A DNA stretch of 64,000 nt, taken from Nymphaea colorata. Its lineage: Eukaryota. The notes under the pieces were generated by a model. That model was not told the DNA's origin and searched no databases. It saw nothing but the letters and a program-made list of their open reading frames with translations. Position numbers and translations under genes: made by a program. Shown piece after piece: positions 38,551-50,810 of the stretch. Where the stretch lies: contig NC_045138.2 in NCBI RefSeq assembly GCF_008831285.2, positions 8,246,001 to 8,310,000 on the forward strand, given 5' to 3'. The first letter of the stretch is position 1. Each line of letters begins with the position of its first letter.

Positions 38551-40841
38551 TTTATCAATTGATTATATTTGCTTATGTATGTTTGACATCTATTTTGTTT
38601 TGAATAGGATAACAAAGATGAAGTCTTGCCAGAAGTATTATATGATATTCGAAGGTAGGTAACGAGACATATATAATAGTTGGGAGTGGTGCCAACCTTT
38701 AGTATATCGATAGAGGGGTGTCATCTTTAGATTGTTTGATACCTTTGAAGCAACATACTGTCACATGAATGAGTATCTCAACATGAAGTATGACATGCAC
38801 ATAGATAGACCTACAGACATTGACACAATGGCATTGCAAAGCAAGAACTAAAAGATATGAAGTTTGTTGAACATAAGTGCAGCCGCAAATGTTGGATTAC
38901 TTGTTTTGTGATTAACTATTTTCTTTGTTAGATCTGTACTCGTTAGACTCATATCCTAGATGGGCATGGTCTATCGTACTTGAACTAACAATATTGACAC
39001 TAACTCCTATGTTGAACATTGCTAAGTTTTGGTTGTGATTACATGGTTTGTTGGTCTTCAAACATATTGTATAACTTTGGTACATGTTTATGTATGTTAT
39101 GCCTATAAACTATGATGTGCATGGTAATTGGTTATGTATTTTGTTTTGTGGATATGTATTGTTAATTTGCATTTAGTTATATTGAATGACAGAACTTTTA
39201 GAAATTGGTGAAAATTGTTAGGTTGATTCTTCTCTACTTTTGGTTATTGTCTCACTATTGATTCTAAATTGACGTGGCATGTATGCTTGAAGCAATGTTG
39301 GCTTTTGCCCTCTAATGAATGCATGAAAAAATAGGACTTCCTTTATTTTGGTTTAATATGCCAATGTTGGCTTTGCTCTTTTGATTAATGCATCAAACCA
39401 ATTTGTGCATAATGCTATTTTGCAACTTTACTATCTTTGGTGGTAATGGTGATGATGGTGGTGAAACATTTTGTCACAACATCTAGTCATTTACATGTGA
39501 AGGCCTTTTTTCACTGCCATCTGAATGGACTCCATTAATTATAGAGCTCTAGCTGCAGTTCTAATGCCTAGATTCTGCAGATGCTTGCTTGTAGTCATGG
39601 ACAGGGAATGATTTTTTTTATCATCAGTGGACTTTGCATATACATTAATTTGACACTTTGCACAACAATCACCCGTGGCAGCTTTTTGTATGAACAGAGA
39701 CATGATGAAAAGCTTAAACAGTTGTGAACTTGTGATCTATTGGAACTTGTCTCACATCAGCATTTTTGACTTGATAATTGGTTGTTTCAGCTGAATGCCA
39801 ATGCGTGGTCAATTATCCTAGTCTCAAAGCTCCAAATTTGGTTTTTCTCAATAAACGTAGCCTTTTGTCTTGTGAACGTCCCTGCAATTATTGTGAACAT
39901 GGTTGCAATTATGGTGTCCTTTTGTGAACATCGTTACAATTATGTTCACCCAAATCTTGATGGTTTCGTGGGAATGCTCAAAATATTGGCGAAACAGTCA
40001 TTACCTGATTGTGTGGAAGTTCATATGAGAAAGAACCATAAGGAATCCTCACCATGCTGGATCTTTTTCCCATCGGTGTCAATTTTTCTGGCCTTCAATA
40101 GTAAACTCAATCTCTTTGTTTATATTTTTCTTGCCCTTTTTAATTGTTGTCTCTTTTTTTATAAGAGATTCTCTTTTATAAGTAATGCCGATGATCAGAC
40201 AAAAATATGCTTTGTTTTTTTTTTTTATATATCCGATTTTTTTGTTTACATGTTTTTCAGAGTTCATATATGCTTTGCGGATTTATAATTAAGGCATATG
40301 GTTGATGACATGAACAATGCAGCAAAAAAGAGCATTATCCGTGAAAAGTTCAATGCAACAGTCAAATATTTTATCCACGAAAATTTTTTCGCGTCCAACA
40401 GTCACCATCTTGGAACATCCATTCTCTTTTAAGGCTTCGTGATATTACCTACAGGCGTGTTTGACAGGGGAACACGCTGTCACGACACCTTGTCCACCGC
40501 AATTTTTTTTTTTTTGTCACATCCCCATGGATGCGGTGCTACAATGGTGAAAAGACGTCGATTAAACCAGCCGAGTCGCTCTGCCGCAAACAAGCAAAAG
40601 CCTTCTTACGCGACATGTCACCCTCCGGGACACCCTGCAGTGGCATTGCCGTAAATCGTTAGCTGGAAAAACGCTTGGAAACCTGCATATATTATATTCA
40701 AATGATCTAGGGATAAGAGTGGGTATATATATATGATAGTTTTTTTTATAATAAATTTATATATTTTAAATATTTTTATTAAACTAAGTCAGGCTGAATG
40801 CAAACATTTTGGTTGATGGGACATTAATTTAATTAAAGGGC

Positions 40842-40845
<4 letters not shown>

Positions 40846-40911
<66 letters not shown>
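40846..40911. repeat. (TA)n microsatellite
   Basis: Pure dinucleotide run. Confidence 0.95.
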
Positions 40912-40914
<3 letters not shown>

Positions 40915-41654
40915 AACCAAATATATGAAATTAATTAGATAAAATAAATAAAGTTTGTGAGGGTGGTGCGGTAACTGTCTACACTAACTACCATGTAACT
41001 CTGCCAACTGGTTGAAACTTAGGTTCAAGCTTGACCCACAACCACAAGCCACCGATCAGCACAATGCCCACCCTTAATTGAAAATCATATATAAATAAAT
41101 AAATTATTAGATTAAGCATTGTATGATACATAAGTTTTGTAGGACGGTACAGATAACTGTCAATGTAAATTGGGTATCTTTCATTTTAAATGCTGCTTCT
41201 AATTATAAAGTAGCAGGAATCCATTCATATGATGTAATTTTGTAAAATAAATAGGTTGTACATTGCAAAAAAATGTAAATCTAAAACTTATGACGTAAAA
41301 ATGGAACCAAGACGTTCCGGCCTAGGTTCGGGTGCCTTGACCCAGTCTAGTAAGAGGATAACGTCCAAGTTCAGGCCACATGATCGTCGCTGCATGCTTG
41401 GACAATAAGAAAGCAAGTAGATCAGGTCGTGTAACTGACACTTCCTCCAAATGAATGAACATGGAAGTCGAAACTCACTCTCTAATTAAAATGTTCATCC
41501 GTAACAAGCCATACACATTTATGGGGCCGAACATAATAGGTATAAGCATAAAGGCTATTACGTCTTGCCGAACAGCACACGCACATGACACCGTCGTCGA
41601 TAGCATCGACAAACCATATTGAATGTGTTCACCTCAAACATTATTTTAATTCAC

Positions 41655-41866
41655 GTTCGTCGAGTCAAAAATTTGTTTTGAGTAGGTTCCATTAAAATTT
41701 CTAAATTTTAATTCATGAATAGGTTGAAATTAAAATTTGTAAATGTTAACAAGAGTCAAAATAATATTTTTATTTTTATATAAAACAAGTAAATTTTTTA
41801 AAATTTATATTTGATTTTTTTAAAAAAAATAAGATAGTGTCAAGGCCCCCTTGGCTCTGCTCCTCT
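41655..41866 (+). mobile_element. MITE copy (family of 52274-52466)
   Basis: Shares ATATAAAACAAGT.AAATTTTT core and CTTGGCTC right end. Ends approximate. Confidence 0.55.
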
Positions 41867-42621
41867 GTGTGTAAGGGTCTCCAATATGCATCAAAGCTAT
41901 TCCTCTTAGCAGATTGAGTTGGGTGTGCCCTTAGGTGAGTAATAAGAGCAAGAAGATATTTAAGTAATTTTTTAAATATGATTTTTTTTATTTTTAGTTT
42001 TTAATTTTTATTTTTTATTTTTTATTTTTGTCTTCACAAATTTTTTTTATGTGTGAATTGAGGGTATTTTTGTCATAACCTGCACAATTTCATGCACTAG
42101 TATGATGCATATAGCTAGGTTTGGCCATCTAGTGCCAGTGCATGTTTATGTTAGGAGTGTTGTGCGCAGTTGATTGAATTAGTGGATTGGTGAAAATTTG
42201 ATCATCATTTTGATTTATGCATGTGATACTTTTTTTTTTCATCATCAATTTGATTTATGCAGGTGATACTTTTTTGAATTGCAAATGATAAATGCATAGA
42301 CTTATGAGTGTCCTACTCCTGCTCAAGTTTCAAAGCAACCGTGATGACCCCGTAGACAATAAAAAGAGGAAAAAACTTCAGTGTCTTTGGGATATCACTT
42401 GGTCATGAACTCTATAAATATTGGTGTGTATCCACCTCAAACTCATTTTAGGAGAAATCAAAATGTTTGGAAAGTTTATGCATGAGAGACCACGGATCCA
42501 ACTAGTGCCTTTGGCTCTGTATTACTTTTTTTTTTTTTTTGCAACAAAGCACGAGCAATGTGAAGAGTTGAAGTCCCTACTTGTCTTTAATGTCTACAAT
42601 TGTGGTGAAACATGATATGGA

Positions 42622-42748
42622 TAGGGGCAGAGGGCTAAAAATTTTTCATGAGAACAGCCGAATTAAAGTTACTAAATAAATTCTAACATTAATTTTTTTT
42701 TTAGGTAGAGCTAGGGTCCTGGAGCGTCCAACCTTGATTCCGCCCTTG
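42622..42748 (+). mobile_element. Internally deleted MITE copy (family of 52274-52466)
   Basis: TAGGGGCAGA...AAAATTTTTCATGAG...GCCGAATTAAAGTT ... TTCCGCCCTTG. Confidence 0.55.
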
Positions 42749-43787
42749 AACATGGGAACAATTCAATTTAAAGCAGATCGTGGTGTAGCCATAATGCCTA
42801 GGCCTAGGGGGCATGGGCATTCAAGCTTGTATGGAATCGAGCTAGCCATGCGTGCCTTTTTACACCACTAGCCTTTGCTTTGTCACAAGAGGAAAGCAAA
42901 ATTGATTCCATAAAATTAATAAAAATAATTTACAAATTATCGATTTTTCAGTAACAAAATCATGTACTTGCAACGCCTGTTATGACGTTAATATATGTTC
43001 TAAAAACATCATAATCTTATTTTCAAAAAATATGCGACAGATATCAATATCATTTTTACGTCCAAGAATCATATTTTAGATGACATCATGTTTCCGATTT
43101 TACATTATGGAGCGCCCACCGTTTTTCAACATCTAATACTTATAGATGCCCATTATTTTTCAAGGTCGTCTACCAGAGAGTGGAAAAGTACTACAAGTTG
43201 GAGCGTTGGCCGATCTATTAAGGGAGCCAAATAAAATATGCAATATAGAATCATGTCTAAGGCGCCTGTAAAATGGTATGTTTAAGCTCTAAATTTTAAG
43301 TATTCAAATACTGTTCAAGCATCTAAATACAAAGAACCTAAACAAGAATGAATTTTTTGTTGTTCATTTACAAGTCAAGCACTTTTCTGGGAGAAAATTA
43401 AATTAGTGACAAACAAAAGGGCGAAGAAAAAAATCAATGTTATACTTGTATCAAAATTCTTAGAGGTTGTTTGTCTATAAGAATTAAGAATCTGATCTAA
43501 AAATTGTGACATATTCATCGAATAGAGTTTCATAAAATCTTTAAAGTAGATCCTCCGCAGTTTTCTTTTATCATAAAACATAAAAACACAAGAGGTACAT
43601 GCAAATGGATATCTAATCTATACATCAATTGAAAACATTGAGAAAAATAATAAAAATTTACTAAAATACATCAAGTTTTGTGATATAATAAAAGCGTGCC
43701 TAAGATTGCATTTCTTCAACTACCTGTTTGTTTTCCATATAGTTGAAGTATACTAATAAGAAGATCCAAAACTTACATGCATATTTG

Positions 43788-44260
43788 AAATCGGTCAATA
43801 AAAAGGTCGGTCATTCAATGCACCGCAATGGAGACGAAAGACCAGCGCGATAGGTGGCAACCACGCGTTGTGGTAGGTGGCCGAGAGGTGCCGCCTCCTT
43901 CTCCACCCAGTCTGCACGCTCTCGCACTTCTCTCCACTCAAACAGGAAGACTCTCTCTCGCCCTCGCCCTCGCTCTCGCCCAGTCAAAAGAAAAGTGACG
44001 AAGTGGACCTTCATCTACCCTTTCTTCCTTTTGTTTCGGAGACGCGTTTCTCTGGCCACGGTTAGGCAAAGTCTCCTTTGAAAGTTCGTCGTCACCGTTG
44101 CCTGTGATAGAAAGGTAAAGGCAAAGACCTTTTCTCCCTACCATCAGCCCTTCCTGTCTATAAGGAGAGAGTACCACAACATCGAAGCACAGACAGGAAG
44201 AAAGGAGGAGAGAGCAAGAAGCTGCAACAGGGGTCGGCCTGACCTTGGGAACACAGGAAG
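43788..44260 (+). promoter_or_regulatory. Proximal promoter/5' UTR of phytocyanin gene 2
   Basis: Homologous to 11455-11966; TATA-like CTATAA at ~44158; ACGCG motifs at ~43863 and ~44042; GTAC at ~44172. Confidence 0.7.
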
Positions 44261-45173
44261 ATGGCATCTTCAAAAACCATCACCAACGTTCTGTTAGTGA
44301 TTGTCATGGCTACCGCTGCGTCGGCTGCCACATACACAGTCGGTGACAGCAGCGGTTGGATCATTCCGCCCACACCCAACTTCTACGACACATGGGTCGC
44401 TTCCAAAACCTTCCGTGTTAACGACAAGCTCGGTGAGCAGCTCGATTCCTTTCCCCCCTCCCACCATTTCTTCTTCTTCTTCTTCTTCTTCTTGGAATCG
44501 ACTTATTAACGGTAATCTTTCTCCGTTTGGTTTTTGTTCAGTTTTCAACTTTCCGACAGGAGCGCACACAGCGGTCAGGGTGTCGGAGAAGGAGTACAAA
44601 GCTTGCACCTTCGCCAACCCCATCGAGACCTACAACACAGGCCCTGCGACCGTCACGCTCAAGGAAACCGGAGCTCACTACTACCTCTGCAGCATCCCTG
44701 GACATTGCTCCGGCGGGCAGAAGGTCTCCATCAACGTCGTCTCTGCCGCTTCATCGCCTCCACCATCAAAGGCGCCCTCTGCTCCGTCTCCGTCTCCAGT
44801 CGCCAGGCCGCCAACTCGTGTCGCAAACCCTCCCGCTTCCTCTTCTCCACCACCCATGGCCCCTTCTGCTCCATCACCATCTCCGCTCGCCAAGCCGCCG
44901 GCTTCCATCGCAACCCCTCCCGCTTCCTTCTCCATCCCACCTACCAAGTCTCTCCCTCCGTCCTTCCCACCTTCTTCTCTAGCATCTCCTCCTCCTCCTC
45001 CTGGATCACCTTCTCCCTCTGCTGGGACGCCTCCTTCTACTCCTGCTGCCGGAGCACCAGGCACGTCGTCTACTCCTCCCAGCCAGCCGACTGCCTCTGC
45101 CGCTTCCTTCAGCAGAGGATTCAAATGGACCACCGTCCTGGCGTTGGTGCTTGCCTTTACCTTTGTATGGTAG
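44261..45173 (+). CDS. Stellacyanin-type phytocyanin with long Pro/Ser/Ala (AGP/extensin-like) region and GPI-type C-terminus; exons 44261-44432 and 44542-45173, 267 aa
   Basis: Paralog of 11967-12620; GT-AG intron 44433-44541 at the identical codon position; H-C-H-Q ligand set (AHTAV, YYLC, GHC, GQKV); SPPP and SPPPPP motifs; hydrophobic tail. Confidence 0.93.
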
Positions 45174-47662
45174 ATGGAATTAGACTGAAACTTTTGTTAG
45201 GCTCTTCGGGCATTTTTCTTGTTTTTGGTGATTTGGGGAGTTGAGTCCAATGCGTGGTTTCCAGTTTACTTGTAATTTTTCCTTGTAACAATGGAGTCCC
45301 TTATGGCAGTGACACCATTAATTTTTTTTAGTAATACAGTTATACAGAGATATTCTTGTTTGAGTGCTTTAGGTTAAGGATGTACCTTGTAGAGTGTATG
45401 TGTTACAAAGTTTGATCGCATTGTTCCTGTCTTTGTTTTATTGTATCTTTTTAAAAAGTCAGCTTGTTTATATGAGAAGCTGTATCAATAAATATTTTTA
45501 TTATTTCATAAACATTACTTAATATTTATATGTTTAACATCATTTCACACATATGTCGTCTGATTATCTCATAATTTTTTTGTTATTTCATAAACATTAT
45601 TTCATACTTATGTTTTGTGTAGATCTGTGTGTCTTTTTATCTCATAAATCTTTTGTTATGTGATAAACATTATGTTATGATCTCATAAACTTTTTTTTAT
45701 CTCATAAACATTATCTCACAATATCTTACACATATATGCATTGGGCATAAAAATGTCAATCTCAAAAAGTATACAACTCAATCTAAAAAAATGAGACTTT
45801 TTGGTGGGAAGTTGACTATCTTCACAGTGGAATAAAAGGATAGGGATATTTCACAGACACACTCATTTTGTTGGCTAGATTTAAGGTTCAATTCCATATT
45901 CGTTTGTCTTGAAAGTGGCCAAGGTAAAGTTGAAATGAACACCCGACTTCTAGGCAAAAAGGTGAAAGCAAAATTCTTTAACCGAAACATAAACTTTTTT
46001 TTCCAAAACAATACCAAATCTATTCCTCCAGAAAAGTGATGTAAGCCGGCCCATCTCGGTCTCAGGTCAATTTGCATGTTGGGTGGTGAATGTTGTCCCT
46101 TTTTTTTAATAATAATTTGAGTTTGAGGGGTGTCAATAAAGAACCTTAAATTAGGTTTTTGGATTACTTTTTGGAGGATTAAATATGGAGATCAAGGGCA
46201 GAGCGAAGATTTTCAGATGAAGGTTAAACAGTTCAACGAACTTATTCGGGTAGGATGAAACTAAACCTTAATCCAAAAAATAATTACTCAAACAAAATTT
46301 TTAAATTTTTTTTTATAATTTTTTTTTTCAAGTAGTTAGGGTGTAGCCATGGCCTACCCCCCCTCCCTCAGCCCTACTGAAAATGTTTAGATGGCACCTT
46401 AAAACTAGGCTTTTAAATCCTGGTTCTACAAAAGAGAATGAAATACTTAACCCTCCCGCTTTAAAGGACTTAGTATAATTGGTCGAGCCTGCGTGCAAGT
46501 GGTTGTCGTGGCGTAGAAGAACATGCCTTGAACCATTGATGCACCGAACCTTAGGGGAAAAAAGAGGGGCTTCGGGTTCTCTTGTATCACCTCCCTCACC
46601 TTGTTATTCTAGAACAAGGATTTCGGTATATAATAAAAAAAAAGTTTTTGAGTATATCAGACAAAAAAAGGGTTTTAAAACTCCTTAACAAAAGTTTTTA
46701 AAACTCATTAAAAGACTTGGTTTGCAGGATTTCATAATACTTTGAATGTTAAATTAGGGTGTCATCAATACCCTTTAGTTTTTGTCATCTATCAAAAAGA
46801 AATAAGACATTTCAACGACTTTAACATTTCTCAATTTGGTCCATTTTTTAGATAATGAAATCATTTATAAAATCATTCAAGGACAACATTAACTACAAAC
46901 CAAAATATGCGAGTGACATTGAAAATAAAAATAAAACGTTATATGTGAATGCTCTCGGCAAGATAGAGTAATCTGGATCACTACGTTAGACAATCTAATA
47001 ATCAGTTTGAAAACGATCTCGCGTGAATTTAAAAATTAATAGTTTAATTTTTTGGCATATAAATGCTATTTACACATTTATAAAAAAAAAATAATTTTGA
47101 TGTTCTCTACTAAGTTCTTCGTGTTCTCCAGAAAACCTCCGGTATATTGAGAAAGGAATTTCATGGTCATACAATATGGCATATAAAAGTGAAAGAATTG
47201 AAATCATCCAGCTGCTGTTAGATATCACCGGATGATAAAAGATTTGAAAACCATCATTAAATATACCATGCAGTTGAAGCACTAGATATAGTGACAGTTT
47301 ATGTTATTTTTAGACATTGTTTATGGTACATTTAGCGACAATTTTTAAACATTTAATCATTGGTAACATCTCCAGTTGCAGATTTCAATCTTTTTATAAA
47401 AATAAAAAAATTGTTGTTTTACTCAATTAACATATCCTATAACGACCATCTATCCTAAGACTAAATATTACTGCAGAAAAAGATAAACATGCCATTGCTT
47501 TCAAACATGAAAGTCAATTTGAAACATAAATCATGAAAAGACTTTGTATAAAACATAGTTGAGAAGGTCATGACTAATGAAAAATCACATTATCAAAATG
47601 GAGCACTGGCCTATCCTCTTCTTTATTTCAAGTACAAAAGTTGGCTCTTTCATGGTTCTTTC

Positions 47663-47845
47663 AGGCATGGACGAAGCCAAAAATCTTTTATGAGGGAGGC
47701 CAAATTAAAGTTTTTAAATTTTGACTAAAGCTGAAAATCATTTTTCAAAATTTTTATATAAAACAAGTGAAATTTTCTAAAATTTATATGTAAATTTTTT
47801 TAAAAAAAATTGAAGTGAATCCAGGGCCCATGCGACCCCTACATT
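47663..47845 (+). mobile_element. MITE copy (family of 52274-52466)
   Basis: Near-collinear with 52274-52466, including CATTTTTCAAAATTTTTATATAAAACAAGTGAAATTTT and CCAGGGCCCATGCG. Confidence 0.7.
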
Positions 47846-48220
47846 GATGTGGAAAGAGCACTGAAATAGTAAGCTGTCGTGAGGTTCACATTTTTCAAAT
47901 AACCAAAAGTTTTTCCATCTTAAGAGAAGACTATGTCAGGCATAAAGGTTCATGCAGTTTCACCGCTCATTTTCAAAATGACCAAAATACCCTTGTTATT
48001 AAAAACTTGAGAAAATGGAAAGCAACTTTCTTAAGGCCCCGTTTGATAGCCGGGGTAAAATGAAAAGGGAGGGAAAATGCATCAAACGGGGTGAAATTCA
48101 CCCCGTTTAACATATAAGCGAGCGGGTGAAATTTCCGAGCTGACCGCTTTCGATTTTTCACTCTCACGCCCCGAGCATGTGGCCGAGACAGGGGAGGGGT
48201 TTCTGCAGCAAAGCACAAAG

Positions 48221-48342
48221 AAATGGAGGGTGAAGCAGGTGGTGCGGGAATAGCACGAAGGAATGGAGGGTGAAGAGCAGGTGGTGCGGGAAGAGCACGA
48301 AGGAATGGAGGGTGAAGCAGGTGGTGCGGGCAGAGCACGAAG
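48221..48342 (+). repeat. Three-copy 40-42 bp tandem repeat
   Basis: Units (G/A)AATGGAGGGTGAAGCAGGTGGTGCGGGAA(T/G)AGCACGAAG at 48221, 48261, 48303. Confidence 0.92.
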
Positions 48343-48980
48343 GAAGTGACGCCGATTTCATATCCATCTCAAAAATCGGGGCTTTACTCTTCTCCGTGGC
48401 GCTGGATTCTTCCCATTGACACTGCCGATGGCCTACCATAATGAAGGCTTCTCAAATTTCCCCCAATTCAAAAACCCTAATCACCCTCAAATAGAAATTG
48501 CAAAGACTGCTGGAAAAAGCTCGACTCTATGTAGCCGACTCAGAAAACCCCCAAAATCTATGGTGGATTGAATGCTCCTGGCTTCACTTGATGTGGAGGA
48601 TCCATGCAAAATCCCCTTACAGGACACAGTGGTGGGGCGAGAATTCGAGACCTTCATATCAAAAGATTAGAACACGCTGTGCAACGAAGAAGCAGCAGTG
48701 GGGCAAGGGCAATGACGGTGGGACGAGGCAGCGGTGGGGTGAAGCAGCAGATGATGAAAATGAGAAGGGGGAGACGAAGGGAGCCAGCAGAGGATGAAGA
48801 TGACAAGAGGAAGACGAAGGGAGCTCTAACGGGCAGAAAAGTGTTCCAAGGATTTCGATCACACCCCTCTTGGGTGATTTGATGAAATGCGATTATTGTC
48901 CCCAGATACTCCACCATCTGTTATTGTCCACAGAATGAGATGTGGGTGATTCAATACTCCACCATCTGCACAGGATAACT

Positions 48981-49225
48981 GGTAACGAACAGCTTGCTCG
49001 CAAGGTGTTCGATAAAATGCGCAAAAGAAGCATCGTCTCATGGAATGCCATGATTAATGGTTACTGCAAAGTTGGTGAGTTCAATGCGTTACTTGGGATT
49101 TTTAATAGTCTGTTGATGGGTGATTTGAAGCCCAATTTGAGCAGCTTAGTGAGCATTACAGCTGGTCAGTGTGGGTTTCCTGACATTGGCAGGTTGATTC
49201 ATTGCCAGGCTTGTAGATTGTGCTC
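48981..49225 (+). pseudogene. Captured pentatricopeptide-repeat (PLS-class PPR) gene fragment
   Basis: Translates GNEQLARKVFDKMRKRSIVSWNAMINGYCKVGEF...LKPNLSSLVSI...GRLIH, i.e. roughly two PPR motifs, with no rest of the gene. Confidence 0.85.
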
Positions 49226-50492
49226 ACCTCCTATTCAATTAGAAATATCAGTCGTTTCATGGATACTTTCATTGGAGGGTACACAAAGTTTTCTTGCTTT
49301 TTACCAGGTTAAATTTTTCCTGTGCGTCAAACAGGGTTAAATTTACCACGTTAAATTCTTCGTGTGCATCAAACAAAGCCTCATGTTGGAACAAAGAGAA
49401 ATTTCATCCTGTAAATTTTTCCAGAAAAATTTACCATGGTAAATTTACCATGTTAAATTTCACCCGACGATCAAACGGGCCCTAAAGGATGAAAAAGACC
49501 TAGCGAGGACTATACGTGGTGCCTTGTAAGTCATCAACCATTTAACATAGTGGTCGCACCTACGTTTCTCTATTCTTTATATTATTATAAGATATACAAA
49601 GTTATAGTATAAATCTTGCATCTTTGAAGGAAAGCGATTCAAGTCATCATTGGAAATGAAAAATTTCATCAGAATGCCGCGTAAGGAATTGATATGATGA
49701 GAGTGAGTTTTCTCGAGCCTTTCAAACAAAAAAGAACCAACGTTTCCATGGCAATTTCATGGTACCGTAAGTGAAACTTTATCGATGAGAAAAAAATGTG
49801 CTCATGTTTTTCTATAATAATTTCTATTTTATTCATTTTTCTTTAATTTATTCTTTTTAAGGTTTTCTATGTAAAGGCATAGGCTCTCATCGAGGTGGTA
49901 GTGGTATGATGAAAAACTCGTATTTTTCACAATAATTTCCATTTTATTTGTTTTTGCCAACACATTCCATTCCTGGACGAACAAAATTAGATGTCAAATT
50001 GTTTGGGTTCTTTGATTCTGCTTTGTGCAAACACCTCTCCAGACCTTTAAAACAAGAAACTTAAATGAATGTGAAAGATTCAAAATGAAAAGAATGTCAG
50101 TATATAATAAAAAGGAAAATAGTTGAGAAGGTCAAGACTGATGAAAGGAATCTCACTAATATCATCATCAAAATGGACTGCATTGCCGTGTTTTCTTTTT
50201 TATTGCAAGTGGAATGACTGGCCCTCCAGGATTTAAAGGCCACCGATATATTCGGAGCGGACATGGAGGTGACGGCCGCCGGGGTGTTTACTTTTCTATC
50301 TATCAGCAATGAAACTGCAGTCATCAAAACTGCGCTTTTCCCTTTCACGGGTCAGGGAACGGTTTCTTGTTTGAAAAACTCGTTTCTATCATATAAAAAG
50401 AAATAGGAACTTTGATTCTCTTGTTCCACTGGTTCCAACCGAATCAAACGCCTTCATGTTCCAAATATGCTCCTCTCTGTCAGGTTTCTATG

Positions 50493-50810
50493 TAGGGAAT
50501 GGGTATGGGGGGTTGCCCGACCTCACCTAGTAATCTTTTGGGGTCGGGTCAGGCCATAGCTTGTGGTAAATAAAAAAAGCCTGAGCCCAGTCTCAATTAT
50601 AATAAAATTAATATATATATATATATATTTCAAAATAATTAAAAATTAAACTTATATTTTATTATGTAACATTTAAAAAAACCATACCTAAATATAATAA
50701 AAAATTAAAAACAAGTTACGAGGTCAAGTTGGACCAACCCGAAAAATTACGAGGCTGGTTGCGGTGGCTGATTTCACTGGCCCTAATCCTATTCCGATGC
50801 CCACCCTTTT
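50493..50810. mobile_element. Probable MITE (GGCC/CCGA-rich ends, AT-rich core)
   Basis: TAGGGAATGGGTAT ... ATGCCCACCCT imperfect inverted ends; layout like 2878-3144. Confidence 0.5.

Larger units (their letters stand above)
48035..49482 (+). mobile_element. Non-autonomous PIF/Harbinger element carrying captured gene sequence (pack element 1, 1448 bp)
   Basis: TIRs GGCCCCGTTTGAT / ATCAAACGGGCCC; TSD TAA at 48032-48034 and 49483-49485; no transposase; PPR fragment inside. Confidence 0.92.

Noticed and set aside
44681..45133. Antisense Gly-rich ORF over gene 2
   Set aside because: Mirror of Pro/Ser codons on the sense strand.
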